Below, one piece after another: positions 1 through 10,930 of a DNA stretch of 64,000 nt. The notes beneath the pieces are model-generated. The model was not told the DNA's origin, made no database searches, and worked only from the letters and a program-made list of their open reading frames with translations. The DNA is from Gemmatimonadota bacterium (GTDB lineage Bacteria; Gemmatimonadota; Gemmatimonadetes; Gemmatimonadales; GWC2-71-9): contig JAZDCY010000016.1 in assembly GCA_036679645.1 (NCBI GenBank), positions 1-64,000 of the forward strand, written 5' to 3'. Position 1 is the first letter of the stretch, and every line of letters starts with the position of its first letter. The translations under genes were made by a program, and so were the position numbers.

Positions 1-1247
1 CGATCGAGCGCGAGCCGAAAGACCGCACCCACGAGTGGATCTCCGCGGTGTGCTATCTGCTCGGCGCGCGGAGTCGAAGATCCGGCGTCGGGAATGAATG
101 CGTACCCGAGGCCGGGAACGTCCGTGATCAGGCGGTGCTCCCCGCCGGGCATCGAGACGACATCACTGCGGCCGAACGGTGACGCGTTGAACACGAGCGT
201 CCCGCTCACGGGAAACGCAAAGCGCCGCGCGATCCCCTCGAGCGTCGGATCGGCGGGCGCGATCAGGCTGGCGAGCGGCGCAAACCGCTCCCGAGCGCGG
301 TGTGCGCGTTCCCGGAGGCGGTCATCGATGTCGCTCCGGAGCACAGAGACGCTGGCGACAGCGGCGCTAGCCGTCACGGATGTCGGAACCGAGGCAACCG
401 TCGCGACCGGCCCGGTTGGCTCGCCGATCTCGATATGAGGATACGCATATCGCTGGTTCCACTGCTCGACCGTCGCGAGCGCGCGCACAGCTACCTCGAT
501 GTCGTCTCCCACGATGACGGTGACGGCGGTGTCGCCCGCGTCAAGGCGCGCGAGCCACGCCTCGATGCCGGCCGTCAGCGCACCCGTCCCGTTGTCGATC
601 CCCACCGCCGATGCGGCTGCCACGTCGCGGGGAGACAGCACACGGTCCACACCCGATCCGGCCAGAGCCGCCGCGAGCGGAGATCCCGGCTGCGCGTTGT
701 CGGACAGGGCCACGCGACTTACCGGGATGCCGAACGCGCGCGCCACACGAGTCGCCGGCAGGGCGGTGCGGAGCAGCTCGATGTGGTCGCTGGCATCGAC
801 CGCGCGAGCGACGGGGTTTGCCCGAACACCCGCCTGGATGAGCAGGGCGCTCAGCCGCAACGGATCGACGGAGCTGAACCAGTAGACGGTCCATCGCGGT
901 TGCGGGGACAACGTGTGACGTGTGCGGATGGGGCGGCGTGTCCCCGGCATCTCCAACTCGCTACGCACGCGCGTCTCGCCCGCGAGCGGGAGCCACAGGT
1001 CACCGACCAGCTCGTCACCACGGCGGAGCAAACCGGCCGTGCCGACGAGACGATTGGCGCGGTCGAAGAGCCGCAGCCTTCCGGCAGGCACGCCGACCTC
1101 GGACACACGAAACCGCACCAATGTCGTCTGGCCGTCGGGATGACGATGGAAGACGGTCGGCCGTGCGGTAACGGTCGGCATGCCTCGAACGGGCATGACG
1201 CCAATGCCGGCGGCGACCGCGGCGAGAAACTCGCGGCGGTTCGTCAC
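1..1247 (-). CDS. Tat-exported protein, degenerate GH38 (alpha-mannosidase)-like; runs off the left edge
   Basis: Manual translation from GTG at 1247 gives MTNRREFLAAVAAG (twin-arginine signal) and no stop down to position 1. Segments RWTVYW, WNQRYAYPHI, VFNASPFGRSDVV and DVPGLGY resemble GH38-like proteins. Not in the ORF track. Confidence 0.6.
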   Translation of the reverse strand, partial: MTNRREFLAAVAAGIGVMPVRGMPTVTARPTVFHRHPDGQTTLVRFRVSEVGVPAGRLRLFDRANRLVGTAGLLRRGDELVGDLWLPLAGETRVRSELEMPGTRRPIRTRHTLSPQPRWTVYWFSSVDPLRLSALLIQAGVRANPVARAVDASDHIELLRTALPATRVARAFGIPVSRVALSDNAQPGSPLAAALAGSGVDRVLSPRDVAAASAVGIDNGTGALTAGIEAWLARLDAGDTAVTVIVGDDIEVAVRALATVEQWNQRYAYPHIEIGEPTGPVATVASVPTSVTASAAVASVSVLRSDIDDRLRERAHRARERFAPLASLIAPADPTLEGIARRFAFPVSGTLVFNASPFGRSDVVSMPGGEHRLITDVPGLGYAFIPDAGSSTPRAEQIAHRGDPLVGAVFRLALD

Positions 1248-1411
1248 GACCGTTCTCTCATGTCATACCGCATGTGTATGGTAAATCATCCTTATCTCTC
1301 GCCGCTGAAGTGTCGTGGAGCATTGCCCGTTTACGGGCAGAGCCGAGCCGCGAGTTTACTCGCGGATCCTATTCGCGGATGCGCACGGCGTGATTGCGGC
1401 TTGCAGGATTC

Positions 1412-2557
1412 CTAGAAGACTCCGGCAATCGCGCGCACGCCCAGGCCGTTGACATTGTCGCCCAAACGTCGCGAATCATTCATCGCGATCAACAGCGCCG
1501 CCGCGATGATCGGGAGCACGAACCCGTTCGCCACCTGCGCCAGGAGAATCAACGCAACCGGTTTCGTGCCGAGCAGCGCCACGATGGCTCCGAGAAACAT
1601 GGTCGTTCCGAACACGGCTCGTGCGGTGCCACTGCGCACATCGCGCCCGCGCCCGAGCACATCGAGCGTGGCATAGGCCGCCGCGAGCGGTGCCGTGATC
1701 GCCGATGAGATGCCCGCCGCAGCGAAGCCGATGGCAAACGCCTTTCCCGCCCAGGCGCCGAGCAACGGCTCGAGCTGCACCGCCATGTCACCGGCGGACG
1801 AGACCTGCTGCCCGCCAAGCGTGGCGGCCGCCGTGACCACGATCGCACCGGAAATGATGCCGCCAAATCCGATTGCCAGGACGAGATCGAGCCGCGCGCC
1901 GGGCAGATCCTTGCGGCCCGGCCACCGCTCGGCGGCGACGGCGGCGTGAAGAAAGAGATTGTACGGCACGATCGTCGTCCCGATGAGGCCCAACGCCGTG
2001 AGCGTGCCCGCCCCGGCAGGCAGCCGGGGAACGAAGAAGCCTGAGAAGAGATGCGTGACCCGCGGGAGCACGAGGAGAGCGGTGACCAGAAACACGATGC
2101 CCATGACCGCAACGCACGCCATGAGGAATCGCTCGACGAGCCGATAGTGGCCCAGCCACAACAGTCCGGCGGCGATCAAGGCGATGATCGCCGCCCAGGG
2201 CTTCGCGCCCAACCCGGTGGCGCCCGCCAGACCCAGACCGGCTCCGGTGAGGTTACCGGCCTGGTACGCCATCGCGCCCACGACCACGGCGCCCACGGCG
2301 AGGAAGCCGGCGGCCGTGCCCAACCAGGGCGGTCCCGGCAACTCCCGGAGCGCGCGGCCGAGGCCACCACGCGTCACGAGTCCCAGTCGCGCGCTCATCT
2401 CCTGCAGGACGATGGTCGCCACCGTGGCGAAGGCCAGCGTCCAGAGCAATGCAGTACCGAACTGCGCCCCCGCCAGCGTGGCGGTGGTCACCGTTCCCGG
2501 CCCGATGAACGCGGCCGTCACGATGAGGCCGGGGCCGATCCCGCGCCAGCGCCTCAC
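1412..2557 (-). CDS. Nramp-family divalent metal transporter
   Basis: IGPG..TAAFIGPGT, QEMSARLG and GTTIVPYNLFLH motifs with many TM helices. GTG start overlaps the upstream stop. Confidence 0.85.
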   Translation of the reverse strand: MRRWRGIGPGLIVTAAFIGPGTVTTATLAGAQFGTALLWTLAFATVATIVLQEMSARLGLVTRGGLGRALRELPGPPWLGTAAGFLAVGAVVVGAMAYQAGNLTGAGLGLAGATGLGAKPWAAIIALIAAGLLWLGHYRLVERFLMACVAVMGIVFLVTALLVLPRVTHLFSGFFVPRLPAGAGTLTALGLIGTTIVPYNLFLHAAVAAERWPGRKDLPGARLDLVLAIGFGGIISGAIVVTAAATLGGQQVSSAGDMAVQLEPLLGAWAGKAFAIGFAAAGISSAITAPLAAAYATLDVLGRGRDVRSGTARAVFGTTMFLGAIVALLGTKPVALILLAQVANGFVLPIIAAALLIAMNDSRRLGDNVNGLGVRAIAGVF

Positions 2558-3561
2558 GCGAGCGGATCGAACGGGAGAGGTACGATTTCCGCCGCCGCTC
2601 CTGCCGCATCGACGAGTTCGTCCTCTTCGATCTCGCGGCGCACGACGGCCAACCCCATCCAGCGGTCCATCTGCGGCGTCCACACCATGCTGGTCACGCG
2701 GCCACGCTTGTGATCGTTCTGGAGTACAGACGGGTCGGTCGGGTCGGGCGTCGCGTGCCAGAGCAGGCCTGCGAGATACCGGTTGGGATGCCCCCGGAAA
2801 TGCACCCGCGCTACCGTCTCCTGGCCGGTGTAACAGCCCTTGGTGTACGAGACCCCGCCGTTCTCGTCGAAACGCACTTCCTGGGGAAGCGTCTTCGCGT
2901 CCGTTTCCGCCCCCAGGCGCGGCCAACCCACCAAGATCCGCGCCAACTCCAACGCCTGCGCGGAGCCCCTGTGCGCGCCGGCCTCGGCAAGCAGCGTGGA
3001 GACGTGCTCCACGTCGCTGCGTTGCACCGTGACCTGCAACGCGAACGGTGCGATCTCACTGGGACAGGCAACGTGTACGGCGGCGGGGCCGGCGATGGCT
3101 GCGGCGACGCACCCTGGTTCCGGAACGGCGACGCCCGCCGCCGCGGCGACCTCCCGCGCGTGCGGTCCCGTGACCCGCAGCACGCTGATGTCTTCACTCC
3201 GATCGGTGAACTTAGCCAGGCGAGGCGGGAGGAACTGCGACAGCACCCCGACGAGTGCGTCCTTCCCGGTCCGTGGGACGGAGAGCACGACCCGCCCGCC
3301 TAGGCGTTCGACCCACATGTCGCACAGGATCATGCCCTTCGCCGTGAGCGTCGCCCCATACGTGAAGCTGCCCTCGCCCGGCGTCTCGATATCGCTCGTG
3401 AGCAGACCCTGGAGGCATTGCACCGCACCCGCTCCGGTCACCTCTAGGCTTACAACGTCCGCGGGTGCGACCAGTGCCCGCTCGAGCACGGCGCCGTGCT
3501 CGGTGGCCGACAGGTCATCCGGCCCAATGACGAATGGAGGAGTTTCTGTGCTATCCATCAT
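2554..3561 (-). CDS. ygfZ: YgfZ/GcvT-family folate-binding protein
   Basis: KGCYTGQE signature; LQGLLTSD near the N-terminus. Confidence 0.85.
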   Translation of the reverse strand: MMDSTETPPFVIGPDDLSATEHGAVLERALVAPADVVSLEVTGAGAVQCLQGLLTSDIETPGEGSFTYGATLTAKGMILCDMWVERLGGRVVLSVPRTGKDALVGVLSQFLPPRLAKFTDRSEDISVLRVTGPHAREVAAAAGVAVPEPGCVAAAIAGPAAVHVACPSEIAPFALQVTVQRSDVEHVSTLLAEAGAHRGSAQALELARILVGWPRLGAETDAKTLPQEVRFDENGGVSYTKGCYTGQETVARVHFRGHPNRYLAGLLWHATPDPTDPSVLQNDHKRGRVTSMVWTPQMDRWMGLAVVRREIEEDELVDAAGAAAEIVPLPFDPLA

Positions 3562-4797
3562 GTTGATAGTAACCCGCTACCGCGTACGAGCGATCGAGCA
3601 GTTCCACGGGGTGTACCACGGGAATTGGGGTTCGTGCGGCGCGCAGTCCGGCACCGATATGCATGATGCAACCCGGGTTGCCGGTGGCGACCACGTCTGG
3701 CTGCACGTCGGCGAGCGCGCGGAGTTTCCGGTCCAGAACCGCTCGCGACGTATCTGGCTCGAGCATGGCATAGAGCCCCGCGCTCCCGCAACACAACTCC
3801 TGATCTTCGTGCTCGACCAATTGCAGTTCGGGAATGGCCTCCAGCACGGCTCGCGGTGGGTCCATCACGCGCTGTGCGTGGGCCAGGTGGCAGGGTGGAT
3901 CGTAAGCAACCCGTAGATCGAGCGGCGCGCCCTGTCGCGGGCCGGTCACGGTTAGCACTTCCGACACGTCGCGCACCCGCGCGGCAAAGGCGTGCGCCTC
4001 GTCCCGCATGGGCGTGTCGTGGAGCAACTCGCCGTATGACCGGAGCATCGCGCCGCAGCCTGCGGCGTTGACGACGATCGTGGCGTCGCGCTCGGCCGCA
4101 AAGGCGCGCACGTTGGCCATGGCGAGATGGACCGCGTCCTCACGCAGCCCCGCGTGAGCATGGAGAGCGCCGCAACATCCCTGACCGGGCACATCGATAC
4201 ACGTCACGTCGTTCGCATGAAGCGTGCGACGTGTCGCCGCGTGCACGTGGGCAAAGAGCCCGCGTTGGACACATCCGAGAAAAAGGACGTAGGGGCGCAC
4301 CGCGTGCGCCCGGCGCACGGCGTGCGCCCCTACGCCCCCTCGCCCTTCCGCCTGCAACTCCTTCGTCGCCGCCAACATCCCCATCGCAAACCCGACCCGA
4401 CCCGCGCCGGCGATGAACCGCGCGACCGGACGAAGACGGCGCGCGGCGAAGAGTGTCGCCCGACTCCAGAGAGGATCGGTCAGCAAGGTCAACAGTAATC
4501 GCGTCAGGACCGGGACTTCGCCTCGCTGCGCGATCAGAAACCGCGCTTCTTCGAGGGCCGGTCCGTACTCGACACCCGACGGACAGACCGGCTCACACGC
4601 GCGGCACCCGAGACAGGTATCGAGATGCCGCGTTGCGCTTCGTTCGGTCGGCGCGATCTCACCGCGTGCGAGCCCTTGCATGAGAAGAATGCGGCCGCGC
4701 GGTCCCTCCGCCTCGTCGCCAGTCTCCAGAAACGTCGGGCACGCCTGAAGACAGAACCCGCAGTGCACGCATGGAGCCAGGCCATCGAACCCGGTGG

Positions 4798-4801
<4 letters not shown>
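3551..4801 (-). CDS. glcF: Glycolate oxidase Fe-S subunit (GlcF-like)
   Basis: Two CxxCxxCxxxCP motifs and two CCG domains; follows glcD/glcE. Confidence 0.85.
4289..4333. repeat. GTAG-type REP inverted pair inside glcF
   Basis: GTAGGGGCGCACCGCGTGCGCCCGGCGCACGGCGTGCGCCCCTAC; related copies at 11516 and 12985. Confidence 0.8.
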
Positions 4802-6017
<1,216 letters not shown>

Positions 6018-6021
<4 letters not shown>

Positions 6022-7445
6022 GCCACGCTCCCGGCCGCCGCCCACTCGCGGCAGGCGTGTACCGGAATGACCTTGCCCGGGTTGGCGCGCTCGTCGGGAT
6101 CGAAAGCGCGCCGCACACCGCGCATGGCGCCGAGCGTTACCGGATCGAAGATGGTCGTCATGTAGCGCAGCTTGTCGCGGCCGATCCCGTGTTCGCCCGT
6201 GATGGTCCCGCCGGCGCGCACACACGCATCCATGATCTCCGCCGATGCCCGCTCGACGCGCGCGCGTTGCTCGAGATCGCGCCGGTCGAACGTGATGTTC
6301 GGATGCAGGTTGCCGTCGCCGGCGTGGAACACGTTGCTGACGGTGAGTCGATATCGTTTGGCGATTGCGGCGATCTCGTCGAGGATGTCCGGGAGCGCCG
6401 TCCGCGGGACGACCGCGTCTTGCACGACGAGGTCGGGGCTTAAGCGACCGAGCGCGCCGAACGCTTTCTTGCGCCCTTGCCAGAGCCGCGCGCGCTCTGC
6501 CTCCTGGTCTGCTACCCGTACCTCGCGCGCTCCATGCTCGCGCAGCAATGCCGCCACGAGTTCCGCGCTCTCCTGCACCGGCTTGTCCGCGCGCCCGTCC
6601 AGTTCGACCAGCAGCACGGCAGCCGCGTCGGTCGGGTATCCGGCGGCGTAGATGGACGCCTCGACCGCGCGCACACAGTTCCTGTCCATCATCTCCATTG
6701 CCGCGGGCACGAGTCCCGCGCGGATGATGGCGGACACGGCTTCACCGGCCGCCCGCACAGATGAGAAATCGGCCAGCAGCGTGCGGATCGCCGTCGGGAT
6801 GGGGACGAGACGCACCGTGATCTCGGTGGCGATTCCGAACATCCCCTCGCTTCCAACGAAGAGCCCCGTGAGATCCGGTCCCCACGGCTCACCCGTCGCC
6901 GATCCCAACCGGGTCACTTCGCCGTCTGGCAACACGACCTCGAGCGCCAGAATGTGGTTCGTCGTGACCCCGTACTTCAGGCAGTGCGGACCACCCGCGT
7001 TTTCCGCGACGTTGCCACCGATGGTGCAGGCGGTCTGGCTCGAGGGATCGGGAGCGTAGTGCAGACCGTAGCGCGCGGTGGCGCGCGACAGTCGCGCGTT
7101 CACGACGCCGGGCTCGACTACGGCGCGTCGATTCTGTGGGTCGATCGTCAGGATCCGGGTGAGTCGTGTGAGTGTCAGTAACACCGCGTCCGGATTGGCC
7201 AGGGCTCCACCCGAGAGACCCGTACCGGCGCCACGTGCCACAAAAGGCAGGCGGAAGTGTGCCAAGACGCGCATGACGCGGGCGACTTCGTCCCGGGTGG
7301 CCGGGAGGACCACGGCACCCGGCCGCGCATGCAGCGTAGGCAGGCCGTCGCTCGCGTATGTGTCCCGCTCCGCGCGTGAGGTCCTGAGCCAGCGAGGGCC
7401 GACGATCTGGCCGATCGCGTCTAGCGCCTGACGGATGATGGTCAT
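6018..7445 (-). CDS. glcD: FAD-linked oxidase, GlcD-like
   Basis: RGAGTGLSGG, PDPSSQTACTIGGNVAENAGG, HAGDGNLHP and GEHGIG motifs. Confidence 0.9.
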
Positions 7446-7552
7446 GGGGGCGGGGGCGGGGGAGAGGGTCGGGCGAAGCGAGCGTCGGGGCCTGGCATGG
7501 GCTGAAATATGCGGCTCGGTACGATGTGTGGAGAGGCGCGCCTGGGGGGCGC

Positions 7553-7583
7553 AAAAAAAGGGCGGCCGATTGGTCGGCCGCCC
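7553..7583 (-). terminator. Rho-independent terminator after the sigma factor gene
   Basis: GGGCGGCCGA-4 nt loop-TCGGCCGCCC hairpin followed by T7 on the minus strand. Confidence 0.85.
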
Positions 7584-7612
7584 CCGCCGGTTGCTGCTAG
7601 GGTGACGAACGC

Positions 7613-8506
7613 TTAAGCGGCTTCCCAGAATCCCATCAGGGCCTGCCCATCCGGGCTCTGGCGGAGCTTCTCGAAGGCGCGCTCACGGATCTGGCGGATC
7701 CGCTCACGTGTGACGCCCATGAGGGAGCCGATGCGCTCGAGGGTCATGCCCTCGGCGCCTTCCTCCAGTCCGTAGTACAGATAGAGGATCTTGCGCTCAC
7801 GTGGGGTTAGGTACTTCTCGAAGATGCGGTCCATGAACTCGCGCATCAGCTTGGTGTCGGTCAGGTCCTCGATCTCACGTCCCTGCTGACCAGCGAAACG
7901 CTCGCCGACCGTCGCGGCATCTTTGTCGGTACGATCGATAGGCGCGTCGAGAGAAATCTCGGCCGCCGTCATGCGTCGAGCGCTGCGCACGTTCTCTTCG
8001 GTGTCCTCGAGCGCCCTGGCGATCTCCTTGTCGGTAGGTTCCCGGCCAAGCTCCTGCGACAGATAGGTCTCGGTGCGCGACATGCGAATCAGATGGCTGT
8101 TCTGGTTCAGCGGGATGCGCACGCTCCGGGTCTGCTCCGCAAGCGCCTTGAGCACCGCTTGCCGTACCCACCACACGGCGTACGAGATGAACTTCACGCC
8201 CTGATCGGGATCGAACTTCTTGACCGCTTTCAGCAGTCCCTCGTTCCCGATCGCTACCAACTCCGAGAGATCCAGCCCGTGTCCCTGATACTTCTTCACA
8301 TACGAGATCACGAAGCGCAGGTTGGCGGTCACGAGCCGCTCAGCGGCCGTGCGATCACCTTTCTGCGCGCGGCGGGCGAGTGCCCGTTCCTCCCCGGGAT
8401 CCTTGATGAGGGGAAGTTTCTGGATGTCCTGGAGGTACTGATCGAAAGCCCCCGACGAGTGCACCCGGAAGAATGCTTTCGATTTGGTGGTACGCAACTC
8501 GGCCAT
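7613..8506 (-). CDS. RNA polymerase sigma-70 factor, RpoD/SigA family, short form lacking region 1.1
   Basis: ANLRFV, KFISYAVWW and TRERIRQI motifs. Confidence 0.92.
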   Translation of the reverse strand: MAELRTTKSKAFFRVHSSGAFDQYLQDIQKLPLIKDPGEERALARRAQKGDRTAAERLVTANLRFVISYVKKYQGHGLDLSELVAIGNEGLLKAVKKFDPDQGVKFISYAVWWVRQAVLKALAEQTRSVRIPLNQNSHLIRMSRTETYLSQELGREPTDKEIARALEDTEENVRSARRMTAAEISLDAPIDRTDKDAATVGERFAGQQGREIEDLTDTKLMREFMDRIFEKYLTPRERKILYLYYGLEEGAEGMTLERIGSLMGVTRERIRQIRERAFEKLRQSPDGQALMGFWEAA

Positions 8507-8596
8507 AGCGCCCCTGTCGCTGGTGGTACATGGCTGTGGAGAAGCGAGCCCTGATCGATCCCAGCCCGCCAAATTGACCGACTCTCAACGCTCGCG

Positions 8597-8625
8597 AATA
8601 TAGGGAACTCCCGAAAAGCCGTCAA
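8597..8625 (-). promoter_or_regulatory. Sigma-70-type promoter for the sigma factor gene
   Basis: TTGACG-17 nt-TATATT on the minus strand. Confidence 0.6.
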
Positions 8626-8635
8626 GAAAATTGAG

Positions 8636-8800
8636 TTTTCCACATCACAAAATGTTATATAATAAGGCGTTCCGGATTTCTTCCACTATCCACGAAGTGT
8701 GTGGAAAATGGACAATCCACACAATGTGTGTAAGACCTTGGCGAGTAACAGGTTACCGGTTGTTGAAATGTGGGAGAACTGCGGAAGTCGTTGTGAAGTA
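8636..8800. promoter_or_regulatory. DnaA-box cluster in an AT-rich intergenic region
   Basis: TTTTCCACA (8636) and TGTGGAAAA (8700) match TTWTNCACA exactly; several 1-2 mismatch boxes lie nearby. Confidence 0.55.
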
Positions 8801-8812
8801 GTCGCTTGAAAA

Positions 8813-9907
8813 TCAGCCCCGCAGCGCCTCCATGATATCGGTTTCAGACGCCTCGAACGTCCAGTTTTCGGTATCTGATCGGGCCACGGCTCCTATCGCT
8901 TTGATCAATGCAAACCGGACAGCCCCGTCACGTCTTTTCTTGTCGGTCTGCATGGCCTTGAGCAACGCGTCGGCGGCGTAGTCGGAGGCGTCATCCGGCA
9001 GGCGAAATGCCTCTAGCGCGGCGACCAGGCTATCGATGCTGTCGCTATTCGTAATCCCCAGTCGCGCACCCAGGCGGGCTTCTACCGCCATCCCCGCCGC
9101 CACTGCCTCGCCGTGCAGTACCTCGTATTGCGCCACCGCTTCGATGGCATGGCCCACCGTATGGCCAAAGTTCAGGATCGTGCGCCGTCCCGACTCACGG
9201 ACGTCCTGCGCCACGACGTCGGCCTTGATCTCGACCGACCGGCGCACGACGTCGTGCAGGACGGCGCGGTCCCTGTTCAGGATGCCGTCCCGCTGGCTCA
9301 CGAGCCAATCGAAGTACGACGCGTCCGCAATGGCTCCGTGCTTGAGCGCCTCCGCCATCCCGGCGCAGAGATGAGTCGGCGGCAGCGTCTCCAGCGTGTC
9401 CAGATCGGCGACTACCACTTTTGGCTGATGGAACGCGCCGATCAGGTTCTTGCCGTGAGGTGTGTCCACGCCGGTCTTGCCACCGATGGACGAATCGATC
9501 ATCGCGAGAAGTGTGGTCGGCACCTGCACGTAGGGTATGCCCCGCATGAACGTCGCGGCCACAAAGCCTGCGATATCACCGGTCACGCCACCGCCGAGGG
9601 CAATAATTGCCGCGTCGCGGCCGTAGCCTGCTGCAAGGAGGGACTCGCCTAACTCCTGCCACTGTCCGGCCGTCTTGTTCCACTCTCCGGCGGGAAACGT
9701 GAACAGCTCGCACGGGCGGGCGCGGCCCACGGCGACCTGCACCCGCCCACCGAGTTTCTCGGCGACAGTGGAATCGGCGATGATAGCGTAGCGGTCAGCC
9801 GGGCAGCGAGAGGCTAGCGTATCCGCGAGCGTCGCGAGGAGCCCGTCGCCGATCAGAATCTCGTAGGAGTGCTCCCCTAGCTGGACGGGGACGGCTGTGG
9901 GGGTCAG
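8813..9907 (-). CDS. aroB: 3-dehydroquinate synthase (probable CTG start)
   Basis: GGGVTGD, PTTLLAMIDSSIGGKTG, LNFGHT and HGEAV motifs. AroB-like sequence (SYEILIGDGLL) continues upstream of the ORF-track start to a CTG at 9907. Confidence 0.9.
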   Translation of the reverse strand: MTPTAVPVQLGEHSYEILIGDGLLATLADTLASRCPADRYAIIADSTVAEKLGGRVQVAVGRARPCELFTFPAGEWNKTAGQWQELGESLLAAGYGRDAAIIALGGGVTGDIAGFVAATFMRGIPYVQVPTTLLAMIDSSIGGKTGVDTPHGKNLIGAFHQPKVVVADLDTLETLPPTHLCAGMAEALKHGAIADASYFDWLVSQRDGILNRDRAVLHDVVRRSVEIKADVVAQDVRESGRRTILNFGHTVGHAIEAVAQYEVLHGEAVAAGMAVEARLGARLGITNSDSIDSLVAALEAFRLPDDASDYAADALLKAMQTDKKRRDGAVRFALIKAIGAVARSDTENWTFEASETDIMEALRG

Positions 9908-10818
9908 AGTGTCACCTCGCCCTCGATGACCCTGACCGCGGATCCGCCCACTCGCACGACGAGATCGTCGCCGGTGCCACGCACCTCGACGTGGATCTCG
10001 GAAGACCGCCCGATCTCGGCACCCTGGTGGATGGTGATGCTGGCCGCGCCTTCGTGTGGCCGCACGAGCTGCCGGTGGACGAGATGGGCGCCCAATGCTC
10101 CTGCGGCGCTGCCCGTGGCGGGGTCTTCGGGCACGCCGAGCCCTGGGGCGAACATGCGGCAGTAGGCCGTCGTGCGGCTGGCGCCTCCGTCGAGCACGTA
10201 GAGCATGGCGCAGTCGGTCCCGTACTGTCGCAGCAGGTCAATGAGGGCGCCGCCGGCACCGCCGCTGGGGAGGGCGGAGAGAGCCTCGCGACTGGCGATG
10301 GGGACGATCAGTTGGGGCAGCGCAGTAGATACGACCTCCGGAGCCGGTGCGTCGGCAACGAGATCGTCTCCACCACCCAGCGCCCGGCCGAGGGCTGCGC
10401 GATCGTCTACCGCCGTCAGGAACTGCGGGGCGGCCTGCGTCATCACTACGCGTGTCACGTCGCCGCCGGTGAACGTGAGATCGACATCCAGCACGCCGGC
10501 GTCGGTTTCCTGGGTCACGGTAGACGTGCCATCCGGCCGGGCCCCTTTGACCCGGCCCAGTTCGGCCAGCAGCCACCACGTCCCAATGGTCGGATGGCCC
10601 GCGAGCGGGATCTCGGCTGTGGGCGTGAAAAACCTGACGCGCGCGTTGGCCTCGTCCGACGGCGTCACGAACGTCGTCTCCGAGAGGTTCATCTCCCGCG
10701 CGATGGCCTGCATGGTCTCGTCTTCAATGTCCTCCGCGTCGGGGAATACCGCGAGCGGGTTGCCCTGGAGCGGTGTCTGTGTGAAGACGTCGAGTTGGTA
10801 GAACCTGTGCGTGGTCAT
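9904..10818 (-). CDS. PhzF-family isomerase
   Basis: DVFT..GNPLAV, NLSET, GHPT and EDPATGSA motifs. Confidence 0.9.
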   Translation of the reverse strand: MTTHRFYQLDVFTQTPLQGNPLAVFPDAEDIEDETMQAIAREMNLSETTFVTPSDEANARVRFFTPTAEIPLAGHPTIGTWWLLAELGRVKGARPDGTSTVTQETDAGVLDVDLTFTGGDVTRVVMTQAAPQFLTAVDDRAALGRALGGGDDLVADAPAPEVVSTALPQLIVPIASREALSALPSGGAGGALIDLLRQYGTDCAMLYVLDGGASRTTAYCRMFAPGLGVPEDPATGSAAGALGAHLVHRQLVRPHEGAASITIHQGAEIGRSSEIHVEVRGTGDDLVVRVGGSAVRVIEGEVTL

Positions 10819-10826
10819 ACGCAGAC

Positions 10827-10924
10827 GATTTGCGATGTACGATTGGCGATCTGCGATCTGCGATTTGCCAATTGCGGAACCTCAATCGCCAATCGCCAAT
10901 CGCAAATTGGCAATCGCCGATCGT
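10827..10924. repeat. Heptamer tandem repeats arranged as an inverted pair
   Basis: About 7 GATTTGC/GATCTGC-like units followed by about 6 CAATCGC-like units. Confidence 0.8.
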
Positions 10925-10930
10925 CTGGTC

